NCBI GenBank assembly: GCA_964418535.1
Contig: CAYQMA010000001.1
Location: 1-44,428 of the forward strand
Direction: 5' to 3'
Length of the DNA stretch: 44,428 nucleotides
DNA from: an uncultured Zetaproteobacteria bacterium
GTDB taxonomy: Bacteria; Pseudomonadota; Zetaproteobacteria; Mariprofundales; Mariprofundaceae
Shown here: positions 26,502 through 36,103 of the stretch, in pieces
Layout of the letters: each line of letters opens with the position of its first letter
How positions within the stretch are numbered: position 1 is the first letter of the stretch
Notes under the pieces: generated by a model
Told to the model about the DNA's origin: nothing
The model's input: the letters and a program-made list of their open reading frames with translations, nothing else
Database searches by the model: none
Program-made: the position numbers and the translations under genes

Positions 26502-28673
26502 ATGCAACGCCTGTTAGCCATCCTGATATTCACCATTCCACTGCTCGGACTGGCCGGCTGCGGACAGACCTCGGGCAATGGCGCGCCCTACCCCACGGGG
26601 CAACCGACCTTCACAGCCAACTTCGATCCAACACAGCAGATCATTCCGTTTCCTGACGATCTATTGTTTACCGGCTCGACAGATGGCACCCTGAACATTC
26701 CGGTCGCCAATCCAAACGACTTCAGCGATCCCAAGGTAGCCATGAACGCTCTGGATGGCTTCTCGACCATCGCACCGATATCCACTTCGTTTTCCATCGT
26801 CGCCGATCCCGCCACCATTCTTCCCACCCAGACGATCCATGTTTATGAAGTCACCGCCACCCCCGCTGGCGCTGTCACGGGCATCGTTCGGGAACTGACG
26901 ACAGCGGAATACAAGACTTCACTGTCAACCAGCGGAAAAACGCTCATCATTCAGCCGCTTCACCCACTGAAGCCTGGCACTCGCTATCTGGTGGCGCTGA
27001 CCAGCGGCATCAAGAGCGCATCCGGGCTGCCGCTGGTTCCCTCGTCTGTTTTCGGTCTGACCAAAGGCGCCGCCCCGCTGGTGGACGCCACCGGCAAGAG
27101 CGCGTTTTCGGCCCTGACCGATGCCCAGGCCGCAAGCCTGGAACCGCTGCGGCAGTTGACGCAAACCTATCTGGCCGCGCTCGGAGCGGCAGGCGTCCCC
27201 GCCGCATCCGTAGCCCTGGCCTGGACATTCAAGACGCAGAGCATCAACAAGGTGCTGGCCAGGATTCGCGCAGACAGCATCGCCACTCCGGCCAATCCGG
27301 CCAACTTCCTGACAGTCGCCAAACCACCTCCAACTCTGAACAGTCTTGGCGTGCTGACCATGACTCAGTTCGCCCAGCTCGCCAAAGCCAAGAACCTGAA
27401 CGCAGCGCAATTTCCGAATGTGGCCAGCGTGGTTATCGGCGCGGTGAAAATCCCTTATTATCTCAGCTCCCAGGGCGGCATGGGCCCGGGCGGCGCCGTT
27501 GGCGTTGCGCCCACCACCCCGCCGGGCGCGATCACCTCGCATTTCACGATGGATCCCGCCACCGGGCTGCCTGTGGTTCAAAGCACGCAAACCGTGCCTT
27601 TTTTGATGACCATTCCCAACAGCCCGGGCCCCTGGCCGGTGGTCATCTTCCAGCACGGCTTCACGGTGGATAAAACCGTGATGTTCGGTGCGGCCAATAC
27701 GCTGGCCAAGGCGGGCTTCGCGACCATTGCCATCGACGCCGTGCTGCATGGCGATCGAACCTTCGGGCTGGATCTGGTCACCGAGGCTATCGACCCTACC
27801 ACCCGCAAATGGGTCGTGACCGCCAACGTGCCAGACGGCAAGCCCGATTCCAGCGGCAAGTGGTATCTGAATCTGAACTATCTGCTGACATTCCGGGACA
27901 ATATCCGCCAGTCCGTCGCCGACCTGATTCACCTGACCCGCCTGCTGGAAGTCCAGACCATGGACGTGGTCAACAATACCACCGGTGCGCCCGGTGCGGA
28001 TGGCATTGCCGATCTGGTTGTCGGCCCAACAAGGCCTATTGCCTATGTCGGCCACTCGAACGGCGGCATTCTGGGCACGATGCTGGCCGCTGTGGAGCCG
28101 ACAATCAAAACCTTCGTTCTAGCCAATCCCGGAGGCGTCTATTCGAACATCGCGCTGAACTCCACCGAAATCAGCCCCTTGGTGCTGGCCGGCCTGGCAG
28201 CCAAGGGCATCACCCCGACCGGGACGCCGGATAAATTCCAGGCCTTTTTCGTGGCGGCGCAAACCGTGCTCGACGATGGCGATCCGATCAATTATGGCGG
28301 TCTGGTGGCCGCCGCCGGCAAGAGCATCCTGTTGTTCAAGCAAGTGGGCGACCGGGTCGTGCCCAATTCGTCCACGGATGCCCTGGCGGCCTCCATGGCC
28401 CTCAAGCAGGTAGCCAACAATCCAGCCGGCGCCAACTGGCCGCTTGGCGTGGTTCCGTTCCCCTTCATTGGCAGCGGCTTCACCGTCTTCACCCAAGGGA
28501 CGCATTCCTCATTTCTCAGGCCCGATCCGCCCAATCTGGTCGGGCAGGACGTTTTCACGGAAATGCAATCGGAGATGGCGAATTATCTGGGCTCGGCGCT
28601 GACACCCCAAGGCGCAACCATCGTGCTTGGCGCCACACCGCTACCCAGCGGCCTGGGCACCATCATGCAATAG
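26502..28673 (+). CDS. Lipoprotein alpha/beta-hydrolase, VolA-like bacterial (phospho)lipase
   Basis: Lipobox 'LLGLAGC'. The N-terminal 'IPFPDDLLF..STDGTLNIP....D......ALDGFSTIAPI' resembles the bacterial virulence-factor lipase N-terminal region. 'VVIFQHGF' is oxyanion-type and 'GHSNGG' is a nucleophile elbow. GGGAGGGAG SD before the ATG at 26502. Confidence 0.7.
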   Translation: MQRLLAILIFTIPLLGLAGCGQTSGNGAPYPTGQPTFTANFDPTQQIIPFPDDLLFTGSTDGTLNIPVANPNDFSDPKVAMNALDGFSTIAPISTSFSIVADPATILPTQTIHVYEVTATPAGAVTGIVRELTTAEYKTSLSTSGKTLIIQPLHPLKPGTRYLVALTSGIKSASGLPLVPSSVFGLTKGAAPLVDATGKSAFSALTDAQAASLEPLRQLTQTYLAALGAAGVPAASVALAWTFKTQSINKVLARIRADSIATPANPANFLTVAKPPPTLNSLGVLTMTQFAQLAKAKNLNAAQFPNVASVVIGAVKIPYYLSSQGGMGPGGAVGVAPTTPPGAITSHFTMDPATGLPVVQSTQTVPFLMTIPNSPGPWPVVIFQHGFTVDKTVMFGAANTLAKAGFATIAIDAVLHGDRTFGLDLVTEAIDPTTRKWVVTANVPDGKPDSSGKWYLNLNYLLTFRDNIRQSVADLIHLTRLLEVQTMDVVNNTTGAPGADGIADLVVGPTRPIAYVGHSNGGILGTMLAAVEPTIKTFVLANPGGVYSNIALNSTEISPLVLAGLAAKGITPTGTPDKFQAFFVAAQTVLDDGDPINYGGLVAAAGKSILLFKQVGDRVVPNSSTDALAASMALKQVANNPAGANWPLGVVPFPFIGSGFTVFTQGTHSSFLRPDPPNLVGQDVFTEMQSEMANYLGSALTPQGATIVLGATPLPSGLGTIMQ

Positions 28674-28682
28674 GAGGAGGAC

Positions 28683-29945
28683 ATGACGAACATCATTCAA
28701 CGCGCGGTTCGTATCACAGCCATCCTGGCCCTGCTTGTCCCGGCCTCCGCTGCCGCCGGCGGCTTCCAGATCGGCGAAATGGGCGTCAAGGCCATGGGCA
28801 TGGCCAATGCCTTTACCGCCATTGCCGACGATCCTTCGGCGCAATGGTATAACCCTGCTGGATCCGCCTTCCAGCAAGGCACGCACCTGACGGCGGGCGG
28901 AGACGTGATCATCGTGCCCAGCCTTCATTTCACCACCAACAATCTGAACCCAGCCCACCCGGCCAGCACATCCATGAAAAGCAAAACCTTGTTCGCACCC
29001 CATGTGTATCTGAGTCATGCCTTGAACGCCATGCCGCTGACCGTGGGTTTGGGAATCAATTCGCCCTTCGGACTGGAGTCGGACTGGCCGGCCAATGGCC
29101 CCTTTGCGATTTCCAACACTTTCTCGAAGATCCGGATGCTGAACATCAACCCCAACATTGCTTGGCGCATCAACGACCGCTTGGCCATTGCCGGAGGCGC
29201 GGATTATTACCGCGTGATGGATGTCCGCCTGGACAACACCGTTCAGATGATGAAGGGATCGGGCGATGGCTGGGGCGGCAATATCGCGCTCCTGTATCGT
29301 GACGACCGATACAGCATCGGCCTTTCCTATCGCAGTCGGGTGCGCGTGGACATCAATGACGGCATCGCCACTGGCGGCCCGGCGCTGGCTGTTCTGGGCG
29401 CTCCCTGGGCCGTCGGCGCCACCGGCGCGGTTCGCACACGCGTGGTCTTCCCCGACCAACTGAATTTCGGCATTGCCTGGCGGCTCGATGACCGGTGGCG
29501 CGTTTCGCTGGATGTCGATTGGGTCAACTGGAAAACCTTCGACAACCTCGACTTTCATTACGCCCCGTCGCTGCTGTCAACGGCGATCACCGGCGGCACC
29601 AATTTCCGCACCATTCCCGAGCGCTGGCATGCAACCACAGCCATCCGCGCAGGACTGGAATGGGACGCCACCCGACAGCTCGCCATACGGGCCGGATATA
29701 CGTTTGATCCCACGCCGGTCAAGAATACCCACTATTCACCGGGTATCCCTGACAGGAATCGTCATCTATTCAGCATTGGCGCGGGCTACCAGCCGACCGC
29801 GAACCTGACATTCGATGCCGCTTACATGTTCGTCTATTTCGTCAACCGGAATCAGACCGCATCGACCGGAACCGACGCCGTTCGAAACGGGCATTATTCA
29901 GGCAACGTGCACCTGATCTCGGCCTCCATGTCGTATGCATTCTGA
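28683..29945 (+). CDS. Outer-membrane hydrophobic-compound transport protein, FadL/OmpP1/TodX family
   Basis: Signal peptide 'ILALLVPASAAAGG'. N-terminal hatch 'FQIGEMGVKAMGMANAFTAIADDPSAQWYNPAG'. Alternating beta-strand pattern and C-terminal aromatic 'SASMSYAF'. Confidence 0.85.
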   Translation: MTNIIQRAVRITAILALLVPASAAAGGFQIGEMGVKAMGMANAFTAIADDPSAQWYNPAGSAFQQGTHLTAGGDVIIVPSLHFTTNNLNPAHPASTSMKSKTLFAPHVYLSHALNAMPLTVGLGINSPFGLESDWPANGPFAISNTFSKIRMLNINPNIAWRINDRLAIAGGADYYRVMDVRLDNTVQMMKGSGDGWGGNIALLYRDDRYSIGLSYRSRVRVDINDGIATGGPALAVLGAPWAVGATGAVRTRVVFPDQLNFGIAWRLDDRWRVSLDVDWVNWKTFDNLDFHYAPSLLSTAITGGTNFRTIPERWHATTAIRAGLEWDATRQLAIRAGYTFDPTPVKNTHYSPGIPDRNRHLFSIGAGYQPTANLTFDAAYMFVYFVNRNQTASTGTDAVRNGHYSGNVHLISASMSYAF

Positions 29946-30064
29946 TTGCGAGACTTGATCGGGCCCGAAATACCGCTCACGCCTCAGCGGGCATTCATTT
30001 CCTTTGGTCGGAGATGTAGCCTTCCGCATCATCGAATCCAAGTGTTCATCCAAGGAGGCGAGCC

Positions 30065-30619
30065 ATGGCGCTGGTTGCATCCATTCATGTCGAGCCCGGC
30101 TGGGAATTGCCGGATGTCACCCTGACCGATGTGGAGGGCAAGCCCCTCCGCCTGAAGGAACACATGGGCGAAAATGGCTTGCTCGTGGCGTTCACCTGCA
30201 ATCATTGCCCCTATGCGCTGGCCGTCTGGCCGCGGTTGATCCGCCATGCGCGCGCCTTCCGCGAACAGGGCGTGAACACCGTGGCCATCAACCCGAACAT
30301 CCATCCGGACTATCCGCAGGATTCCATTCCGGCCATGAAGGAAAAGATCGCCGAATGGGGCGTGGATTTCCCCTATGTGGCGGATGAAACCCAGGAGGTG
30401 GCGCGCACCTTCGACGCCCAGTGCACGCCGGATATCTACCTCTTCGACAAAAACGGCCGCCTCTACTATCACGGCCGCATTGACGACTACTGGAAGGATG
30501 AAAGCAAGGTCACGCGCGAGGAACTGGCCGAGGCCGTAGCGGCGATGGTGGCGGGCAAGCCTGCGCCCCAGCCCCAGCACCCGACCATCGGCTGCTCCAT
30601 CAAGTGGCGGGAGGAATAA
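30065..30619 (+). CDS. Thioredoxin-fold (AhpC/TSA-redoxin-like) thiol-disulfide oxidoreductase
   Basis: 'LLVAFTCNHCPY' contains a CxxC redox motif in a thioredoxin-like context. GGAGG SD upstream. Confidence 0.75.
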   Translation: MALVASIHVEPGWELPDVTLTDVEGKPLRLKEHMGENGLLVAFTCNHCPYALAVWPRLIRHARAFREQGVNTVAINPNIHPDYPQDSIPAMKEKIAEWGVDFPYVADETQEVARTFDAQCTPDIYLFDKNGRLYYHGRIDDYWKDESKVTREELAEAVAAMVAGKPAPQPQHPTIGCSIKWREE

Positions 30620-30656
30620 CGCCGGGGGGAAGCTTGCCCGCGCGAGACCTGTTCGC

Positions 30657-31364
30657 TCAGCGCGTAAACAGCTCCACGCTCTTGCATTCGGGATAATTCC
30701 CGCACACCCAGAACAGCATCCCCTTGAATTTGCCGGATTTGGCGCGCTTGAGCACCATGCGGGCGCAGCATTTCCTGCAAGTGCGGAACGCCTCCATGGA
30801 CACGGTGGCCACCATGTCGTCCGGCGAAAGGTTCTTCTCACGCAAAAATGGCTCCAGGATCGGGCGAAGCTCCTGCACCGGATACCCGGTCTTGCGAGGC
30901 AGGCGAAACACCGGCACGCCCAGTTGCTCCAGAATATCCGATGCGCGCACCTTCCGGCGTTCGGCATCCGCATCCTGGAACTCGACAGCGCAGGCCACAT
31001 TCAGGCTTCCCTTGAAACACAGGATGAAATCCACGCTGTCCCGGCCGTGGCGACGCACCTGCTCCAAGAGCTTCCGATCCACCCCCTTGCGCACGATGGC
31101 GATGTCCGCCAGCGCCACCTTCGCCATCACATGCATCTCCCGGCCCGCCACCAGATGCAGCGCGTTGAAGCATTCCAACTCCGGCAACGCCAGCAGCGAC
31201 GCCGCCTCGCGGCCGGACACTTCTTGCGGCTTCGATGCGCCTTCCGCCGGCCTGCGCCGGATCAAAAAGAAGGCCTGCACCGCAAACGCCAGCGCACCCA
31301 GTCCCAAAACCGCGAACATCCAGTTCTGAAGCAACCAATGCCATCCGTCTTGAACCACCTGCAT
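30657..31364 (-). CDS. Membrane-anchored DUF2726 (restriction-endonuclease-like) protein with a C-terminal topoisomerase-type C4 zinc ribbon
   Basis: N-terminal TM helix 'WMFAVLGLGALAFAVQAFFLI'. The central 'E.ECFNAL......EMHVMAKVALADI...........R...DSVDFILC' fits the DUF2726 pattern. C-terminal 'CRKCCARMV........MLFWVCGNYPEC'. ATG at 31364; the 31619 start is rejected. Confidence 0.65.
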   Translation of the reverse strand: MQVVQDGWHWLLQNWMFAVLGLGALAFAVQAFFLIRRRPAEGASKPQEVSGREAASLLALPELECFNALHLVAGREMHVMAKVALADIAIVRKGVDRKLLEQVRRHGRDSVDFILCFKGSLNVACAVEFQDADAERRKVRASDILEQLGVPVFRLPRKTGYPVQELRPILEPFLREKNLSPDDMVATVSMEAFRTCRKCCARMVLKRAKSGKFKGMLFWVCGNYPECKSVELFTR

Positions 31365-31401
31365 GCGCTTCACGCTCCAGTCCGGAAACCGGAGCAGTCC
31401 G

Positions 31402-31426
31402 GCTGCTTCTTCCTCTCGAAAGCAGC
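31402..31426. repeat. Inverted repeat (hairpin) in the polA-DUF2726 intergenic spacer
   Basis: GCTGCTT (31402-31408) pairs with AAGCAGC (31420-31426). A neighbouring small hairpin TCCGG-AAA-CCGGA lies at 31381-31393. There is no U-tract, so the function is undetermined. Confidence 0.4.
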
Positions 31427-31467
31427 ATCTGAAATCAGCAACCGCCCCGGCAGCATGGCCAACAGCA

Positions 31468-34179
31468 TCACAGCGGATGAGCCGAGAACCAGTCCGTCCC
31501 GCACCCGATGTCCACCACCAGCGGCACCTCCAGCGCCACCGCCTGCTCCATCTCCCGCCGCATCGTCTCCGCCACCGCATCGGCCGCAGCTTCGGGACAT
31601 TCCACGACCAGCTCGTCATGCACCTGCAGAATCATCCGCGCCCGGTCGCTGATCTCGGGCAGGCGCGCATGCAGGCGAATCATCGCCACCTTGATGATGT
31701 CCGCCGCCGAGCCCTGCAGCGGCGCGTTGATGGCCGTGCGCTCGGCATAGGCGCGGCGCATGCCGTTGCGCGAGGCAATGTCCGGCAGCGGCACGCGATG
31801 GCCGAGCAGGGTTTCCACAAAGCCCTGCTCGCGCGCGGCGGCCAGCGTTTCGTCCATGAACGCGCGCACGCGCGGGTATTGGGCGAAATAGGCCTCGATG
31901 AACGCCCGCGCCTCGGAACGATCCACGCCAAGCTGCTTCGCCAACCCGAACGCGCTCATGCCGTACAGAATGCCGAAATTGACGATCTTAGCCCGCCGGC
32001 GCATCTCGGGCGTCACCTCATCCAACGGCACACCATTCACCCGCGCGGCCGTCGCCGCGTGAATGTCCTCGCCCGCGGCAAACGCCTCGCGCAGGGCCGC
32101 ATCACCCGAGAAATGCGCCATCAGGCGCAGCTCGATCTGCGAATAATCGGCCGAAACCAGCACGCAACCGTCATCGGCAACGAAGGCCTTGCGAATCTCG
32201 CGCCCCTCGGCGCTGCGGATGGGGATGTTCTGCAAGTTCGGATCGGACGAGGACAGACGCCCGGTGGTCGTCACCGCCTGGTTGTAGGACGTGTGCACGC
32301 GCCCCGTACCCGGGTGAATCAGCCGCACCAACGCATCCGTATAAGTGGATTTCAGCTTTGAGAGCTGCCGGGCCTCCAGAATCAGGCGCGGAACCTCGTG
32401 TTCGGCAGCCAGCTTCTCCAGCACCTCCTGCCCCGTGGCCCACTGGCCCGACTTGGTGCGCTTGCCGCCCGGCAGCCTCAGCTTTTCGAACAGCACGACG
32501 CCCAGCTGGCGGGGCGAATGGATATTGAATGCCTCGCCGGCCGCATCGTGAATACGCGTTTCCAGTTCCCGGATACGCTCGCCGAAGCGTTCGGACAAAC
32601 GCTCCAGCCGTGCCGGATCAATCCGCACCCCCGCCCATTCCATCGCCGCCAGCACGCGCGACAACGGCAACTCGATCTCGTCATGACGCCGGACGCGACC
32701 GTCCAGACGCCGCCGCAATTCGCGACTCAAAGCCAGCGCCACGCAGGCATCCTCCACCGCATAGGGCGCAGCCTTGTCCACCGGCACCTCGGCAAAGTTC
32801 ACCTGCTTCGCCCCCTTGCCGGCCACATCCGCATAGGCGATGCAGCGGCGCCCCAGATATTTCAGCGCCACCGCATCCATGTTCGCCGGCTGGCCGGGTT
32901 CGTCCACATAGGCCAGCAACATCGAATCGTCATGCACGCCGCGCAGCCGCACGCCGGCGCGCCAGAACACCTGCTCGTCGTACTTGAGGTTGTGGCCGCA
33001 CTTGGGGCGATCGGCATCCTCCAGCCACGGGCGCAGCGCCTCCAGCGCCTGTTCGAGCGACAGTTGCGCGGGCGCGGCCTCAAGCATGTCGGCCCGGCGG
33101 TGACCCACCGGCACATACCAACCCTCATCCTCGCGCACTGCAAACGCCAGCCCGACAATCTCCGCGTCATGACAGACCAGCGAGGTCGTTTCCAGATCCA
33201 CCGCCGCCCGTTCCGCCCGCGACAACGCCTGCGCCAACGCCTTCAACGCATCGGCGTCGGTCACCACATGCCAGCGCATATCGTCCGCGCGGCGGGCCTC
33301 CCCGTCGTCGACGCTGGCCTCGTCCGCATCGTCCGTGAACTCGTCCAGCAAACGACGGAACTCCAGCCGGCCGAACAGTTCCGCAAGTTTTTCGCGATCG
33401 GGCTCGCGCAATGCCAGGTCGTCCAGCGTCAAGCCCAGCGGCGCATGTTCATCCAGCGTCACCAGCCGCCACGACAGGCGCGCATCATCGGCATGCGCGA
33501 TCAGGTTCTCGCGTCGTTTCTTTTGCGGCAGCTCCCCGGCATGCCGGAGCACGCCTTCCAGATCGCCCCACTGGTGGATCAGCGCCGCCGCCGTCTTCGG
33601 CCCGATGCCCGGCACACCGGGAATGTTGTCCGAGGCATCGCCGGTCAGCGCCAGCAAATCGCGCACGCGTTCGGGCGGCACACCCCACCGCTTGCGCACC
33701 TCCTCGGCATCGAAGCGCACGCCCTTCATCGTATCCAGCATCGTCACATGCGGGCCGACGAGCTGCATCAGATCCTTGTCGGTGGACACGATGGTGACAT
33801 CCCATCCCCGCGCCTCGGCCTGACGCGCCAGCGTTGCGATCACATCGTCCGCCTCATGATCCTCCGGCTGGATCAGCGGCAGGCGGAAGGCGCGCGTCAC
33901 TTCGAAAATCAACGGCCATTGCGCCGCCAGTTCCTCCGGCATCGGCGGCCGGTGGGCCTTGTAGTCGGGATACAGGCGATTGCGGAAGGTGCCGTCCCTG
34001 GGATCGAAGGCCACGGCCACATGGGTGGGCCGCAGCTCCTTGAGCACGCTGCGCAGCATTTGCACATAGCCGTAAATGGCGTTGGTCGGCTCGCCGCGCG
34101 AATTGCTCAGATGCCGAATGGCATGAAAGGCGCGAAACACATAGTTCGGCCCGTCAATCAGCGCCAGATGAGGCGTCAC
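31468..34179 (-). CDS. polA: DNA polymerase I
   Basis: 5' nuclease 'LIDGPNYVFRAFHA', 3'-5' exonuclease 'AVDLETTSL', and polymerase motifs 'LVSADYSQIELR', 'RRRAKIVNFGILYGMSAFGLA', 'QVHDELV'. The GTG start overlaps the prmC stop (GTGA). Confidence 0.95.
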   Translation of the reverse strand: MTPHLALIDGPNYVFRAFHAIRHLSNSRGEPTNAIYGYVQMLRSVLKELRPTHVAVAFDPRDGTFRNRLYPDYKAHRPPMPEELAAQWPLIFEVTRAFRLPLIQPEDHEADDVIATLARQAEARGWDVTIVSTDKDLMQLVGPHVTMLDTMKGVRFDAEEVRKRWGVPPERVRDLLALTGDASDNIPGVPGIGPKTAAALIHQWGDLEGVLRHAGELPQKKRRENLIAHADDARLSWRLVTLDEHAPLGLTLDDLALREPDREKLAELFGRLEFRRLLDEFTDDADEASVDDGEARRADDMRWHVVTDADALKALAQALSRAERAAVDLETTSLVCHDAEIVGLAFAVREDEGWYVPVGHRRADMLEAAPAQLSLEQALEALRPWLEDADRPKCGHNLKYDEQVFWRAGVRLRGVHDDSMLLAYVDEPGQPANMDAVALKYLGRRCIAYADVAGKGAKQVNFAEVPVDKAAPYAVEDACVALALSRELRRRLDGRVRRHDEIELPLSRVLAAMEWAGVRIDPARLERLSERFGERIRELETRIHDAAGEAFNIHSPRQLGVVLFEKLRLPGGKRTKSGQWATGQEVLEKLAAEHEVPRLILEARQLSKLKSTYTDALVRLIHPGTGRVHTSYNQAVTTTGRLSSSDPNLQNIPIRSAEGREIRKAFVADDGCVLVSADYSQIELRLMAHFSGDAALREAFAAGEDIHAATAARVNGVPLDEVTPEMRRRAKIVNFGILYGMSAFGLAKQLGVDRSEARAFIEAYFAQYPRVRAFMDETLAAAREQGFVETLLGHRVPLPDIASRNGMRRAYAERTAINAPLQGSAADIIKVAMIRLHARLPEISDRARMILQVHDELVVECPEAAADAVAETMRREMEQAVALEVPLVVDIGCGTDWFSAHPL

Positions 34180-35033
34180 GCCGCCCGCCCTTTCGCGAAC
34201 GCGAGCCGGAACACGCCGCCCCGCAAACGGCCGGCGAGGTCATGAATCTCTCGCTCCAGCATCATCCTGTCCGTCGCCTCCGGCAAACCGCACAGGCCCG
34301 TTTCCACCACCAACAACCCTCCCGGCCGCAGCCAATCCGGCGCATCGCTCACCAGCATGCGCAGCAGGCTCAACCCATCGGCGCCGTCGGTCAACGCGGC
34401 TTCGGGCTCCCAAGCCAGCTCCGGCGCCAGCGTGCTCATCTCTTGCCGGCCGACATAGGGCGGATTGGACACGATAATATCGAACGGTCCGTCCGCGGCA
34501 TCGAGCGCCGCAAACAGATCGCCCTGACGGAACGCGATGCGCGAGGCCACATCGTAGCGACGCGCATTTTCCGCAGCCACGGCCAGCGCCCCGGCGGACA
34601 CATCCGTGGCCATCACCCGCGCATTCGGGTATTCGCAGGCGAGCGTCACCGCAAGGCAACCGCTGCCCGTGCCGATGTCGCAAAAGCGCCAGGGCGCCTT
34701 GCGATCCGGCAGCGCTTCCATCACCGCTTCAATCAGATGCTCGGTTTCGGGCCGGGGAATCAGCACCGCGGGCGTGACCGCAAACGCACGCGACCAGAAC
34801 TCCTTCTCGCCCAGAATATACGCTAGCGGCTCGCGCGATGCGCGCCGCGCCACCCAGGCTTCCCACTTGGGTTGCAGTTGTTCGGGCAAGGCTTCCTCGC
34901 GATGGGCGATCAACCAGGCATGGTCGCGCCTCAGAAGCGCCGCCAGCAACGCGCGCGCATCCAGCGCCGGCGTTTCGCAACCGGCCTGATGGAAGCGGGC
35001 GGCGGCCTCCGCCAGCGCCTCGGCCAGGGTCAC
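34176..35033 (-). CDS. prmC: Peptide chain release factor N(5)-glutamine methyltransferase
   Basis: 'LIPRPETE', '[10 protein letters not shown]', 'IVSNPPYV'. The GTG start overlaps the prfA stop (GTGA). Confidence 0.9.
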   Translation of the reverse strand: MTLAEALAEAAARFHQAGCETPALDARALLAALLRRDHAWLIAHREEALPEQLQPKWEAWVARRASREPLAYILGEKEFWSRAFAVTPAVLIPRPETEHLIEAVMEALPDRKAPWRFCDIGTGSGCLAVTLACEYPNARVMATDVSAGALAVAAENARRYDVASRIAFRQGDLFAALDAADGPFDIIVSNPPYVGRQEMSTLAPELAWEPEAALTDGADGLSLLRMLVSDAPDWLRPGGLLVVETGLCGLPEATDRMMLEREIHDLAGRLRGGVFRLAFAKGRAA

Positions 35034-36103
35034 GCCCCGCCCTGAGCCAGCAACTCCGCCTGATGATGCGCGATCAGGGCATCCACCAGCTCGTCCATAT
35101 CGCCGTTGAGCACCTGTTCCAGCTTGTAGAGCGTCAGGTTGATGCGATGATCGGTGACCCGCCCCTGCGGAAAGTTGTAGGTGCGGATGCGTTCCGAGCG
35201 ATCGCCGCTGCCCACCATGCCCCGCCGCGCTTCAGCGCGCTCGTCATGCGCGGCCTGCCGGGCCGCATCATACAGCCGCGCGGCCAGCACCTTCATGGCC
35301 TTGGCCTTGTTCTTGTGCTGGCTCTTTTCGTCCTGACAGGTGACGACAATGCCGCTGGGCAGGTGGGTGATCCGCACCGCCGAATCGGTGGTGTTTACGC
35401 TCTGGCCGCCGGGGCCGGAAGAGCGAAAAACGTCAATGCGCAAATCCTCGGGTCGGATATCCACATCCACATCCTCGGCCTCGGGCAGCACAGCCACGGT
35501 GCAGGCGCTGGTATGGATGCGCCCGCCGGCTTCCGTTTCCGGCACCCGCTGCACCCGATGCACGCCCGATTCGAACTTGAACCGCGAATAAGCGCCTTGG
35601 CCGGAAATCTGCGCCACGATTTCCTTGTAGCCGCCAATGCCGGTCTCGTTGGCCGACAGCACTTCCACGCGCCAGCCCTTGCGCTCGGCATAACGGCTGT
35701 ACATGCGGAACAAATCGGCTGCAAACAACGCCGCCTCATCGCCGCCGGTGCCGGCGCGGATTTCCAGAATCACGTTGCGGGAATCGTTCGGATCCTTGGG
35801 CAGCAACAAAAGACGCAGCCGCTCGCGCAACTCCCGTCGCTCGTCCTCAAGCGCGTGAATATCCTCGGCCGCCATTTGCCGGAGCTCGGCGTCGGTGTCC
35901 GGATCGTCCAGCAATTCACGGGATTCGGCCAGTTGGCGTTCCACATCCTTCAGTCGCGCGGCCACTTCGGCCACCGGCTCGATTTCGGCATATTCGCGCG
36001 AAAGCCTGGCGTAGCGAGCAGCGTCGCTCGCCACCTCGGGATCGGCCAGTCGGATTGTCAGCTCTTCCTTGCGACGAAGAATCTCGTCAAGTCTTTCGTT
36101 CAT
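35030..36103 (-). CDS. prfA: Peptide chain release factor 1
   Basis: '[13 protein letters not shown]', '[11 protein letters not shown]' (PxT tripeptide, RF1-type), '[22 protein letters not shown]'. ATG at 36103 overlaps the hemA 3' end by 17 nt. Confidence 0.93.
   Translation of the reverse strand: MNERLDEILRRKEELTIRLADPEVASDAARYARLSREYAEIEPVAEVAARLKDVERQLAESRELLDDPDTDAELRQMAAEDIHALEDERRELRERLRLLLLPKDPNDSRNVILEIRAGTGGDEAALFAADLFRMYSRYAERKGWRVEVLSANETGIGGYKEIVAQISGQGAYSRFKFESGVHRVQRVPETEAGGRIHTSACTVAVLPEAEDVDVDIRPEDLRIDVFRSSGPGGQSVNTTDSAVRITHLPSGIVVTCQDEKSQHKNKAKAMKVLAARLYDAARQAAHDERAEARRGMVGSGDRSERIRTYNFPQGRVTDHRINLTLYKLEQVLNGDMDELVDALIAHHQAELLAQGGA

Noticed and set aside
35030-36103. Programmed +1 frameshift as seen in release factor genes
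   Set aside because: The gene is RF1 (PxT-type 'PET' tripeptide, GGQ present) with one uninterrupted ORF. The frameshift is a property of prfB (RF2), which is not in this window.
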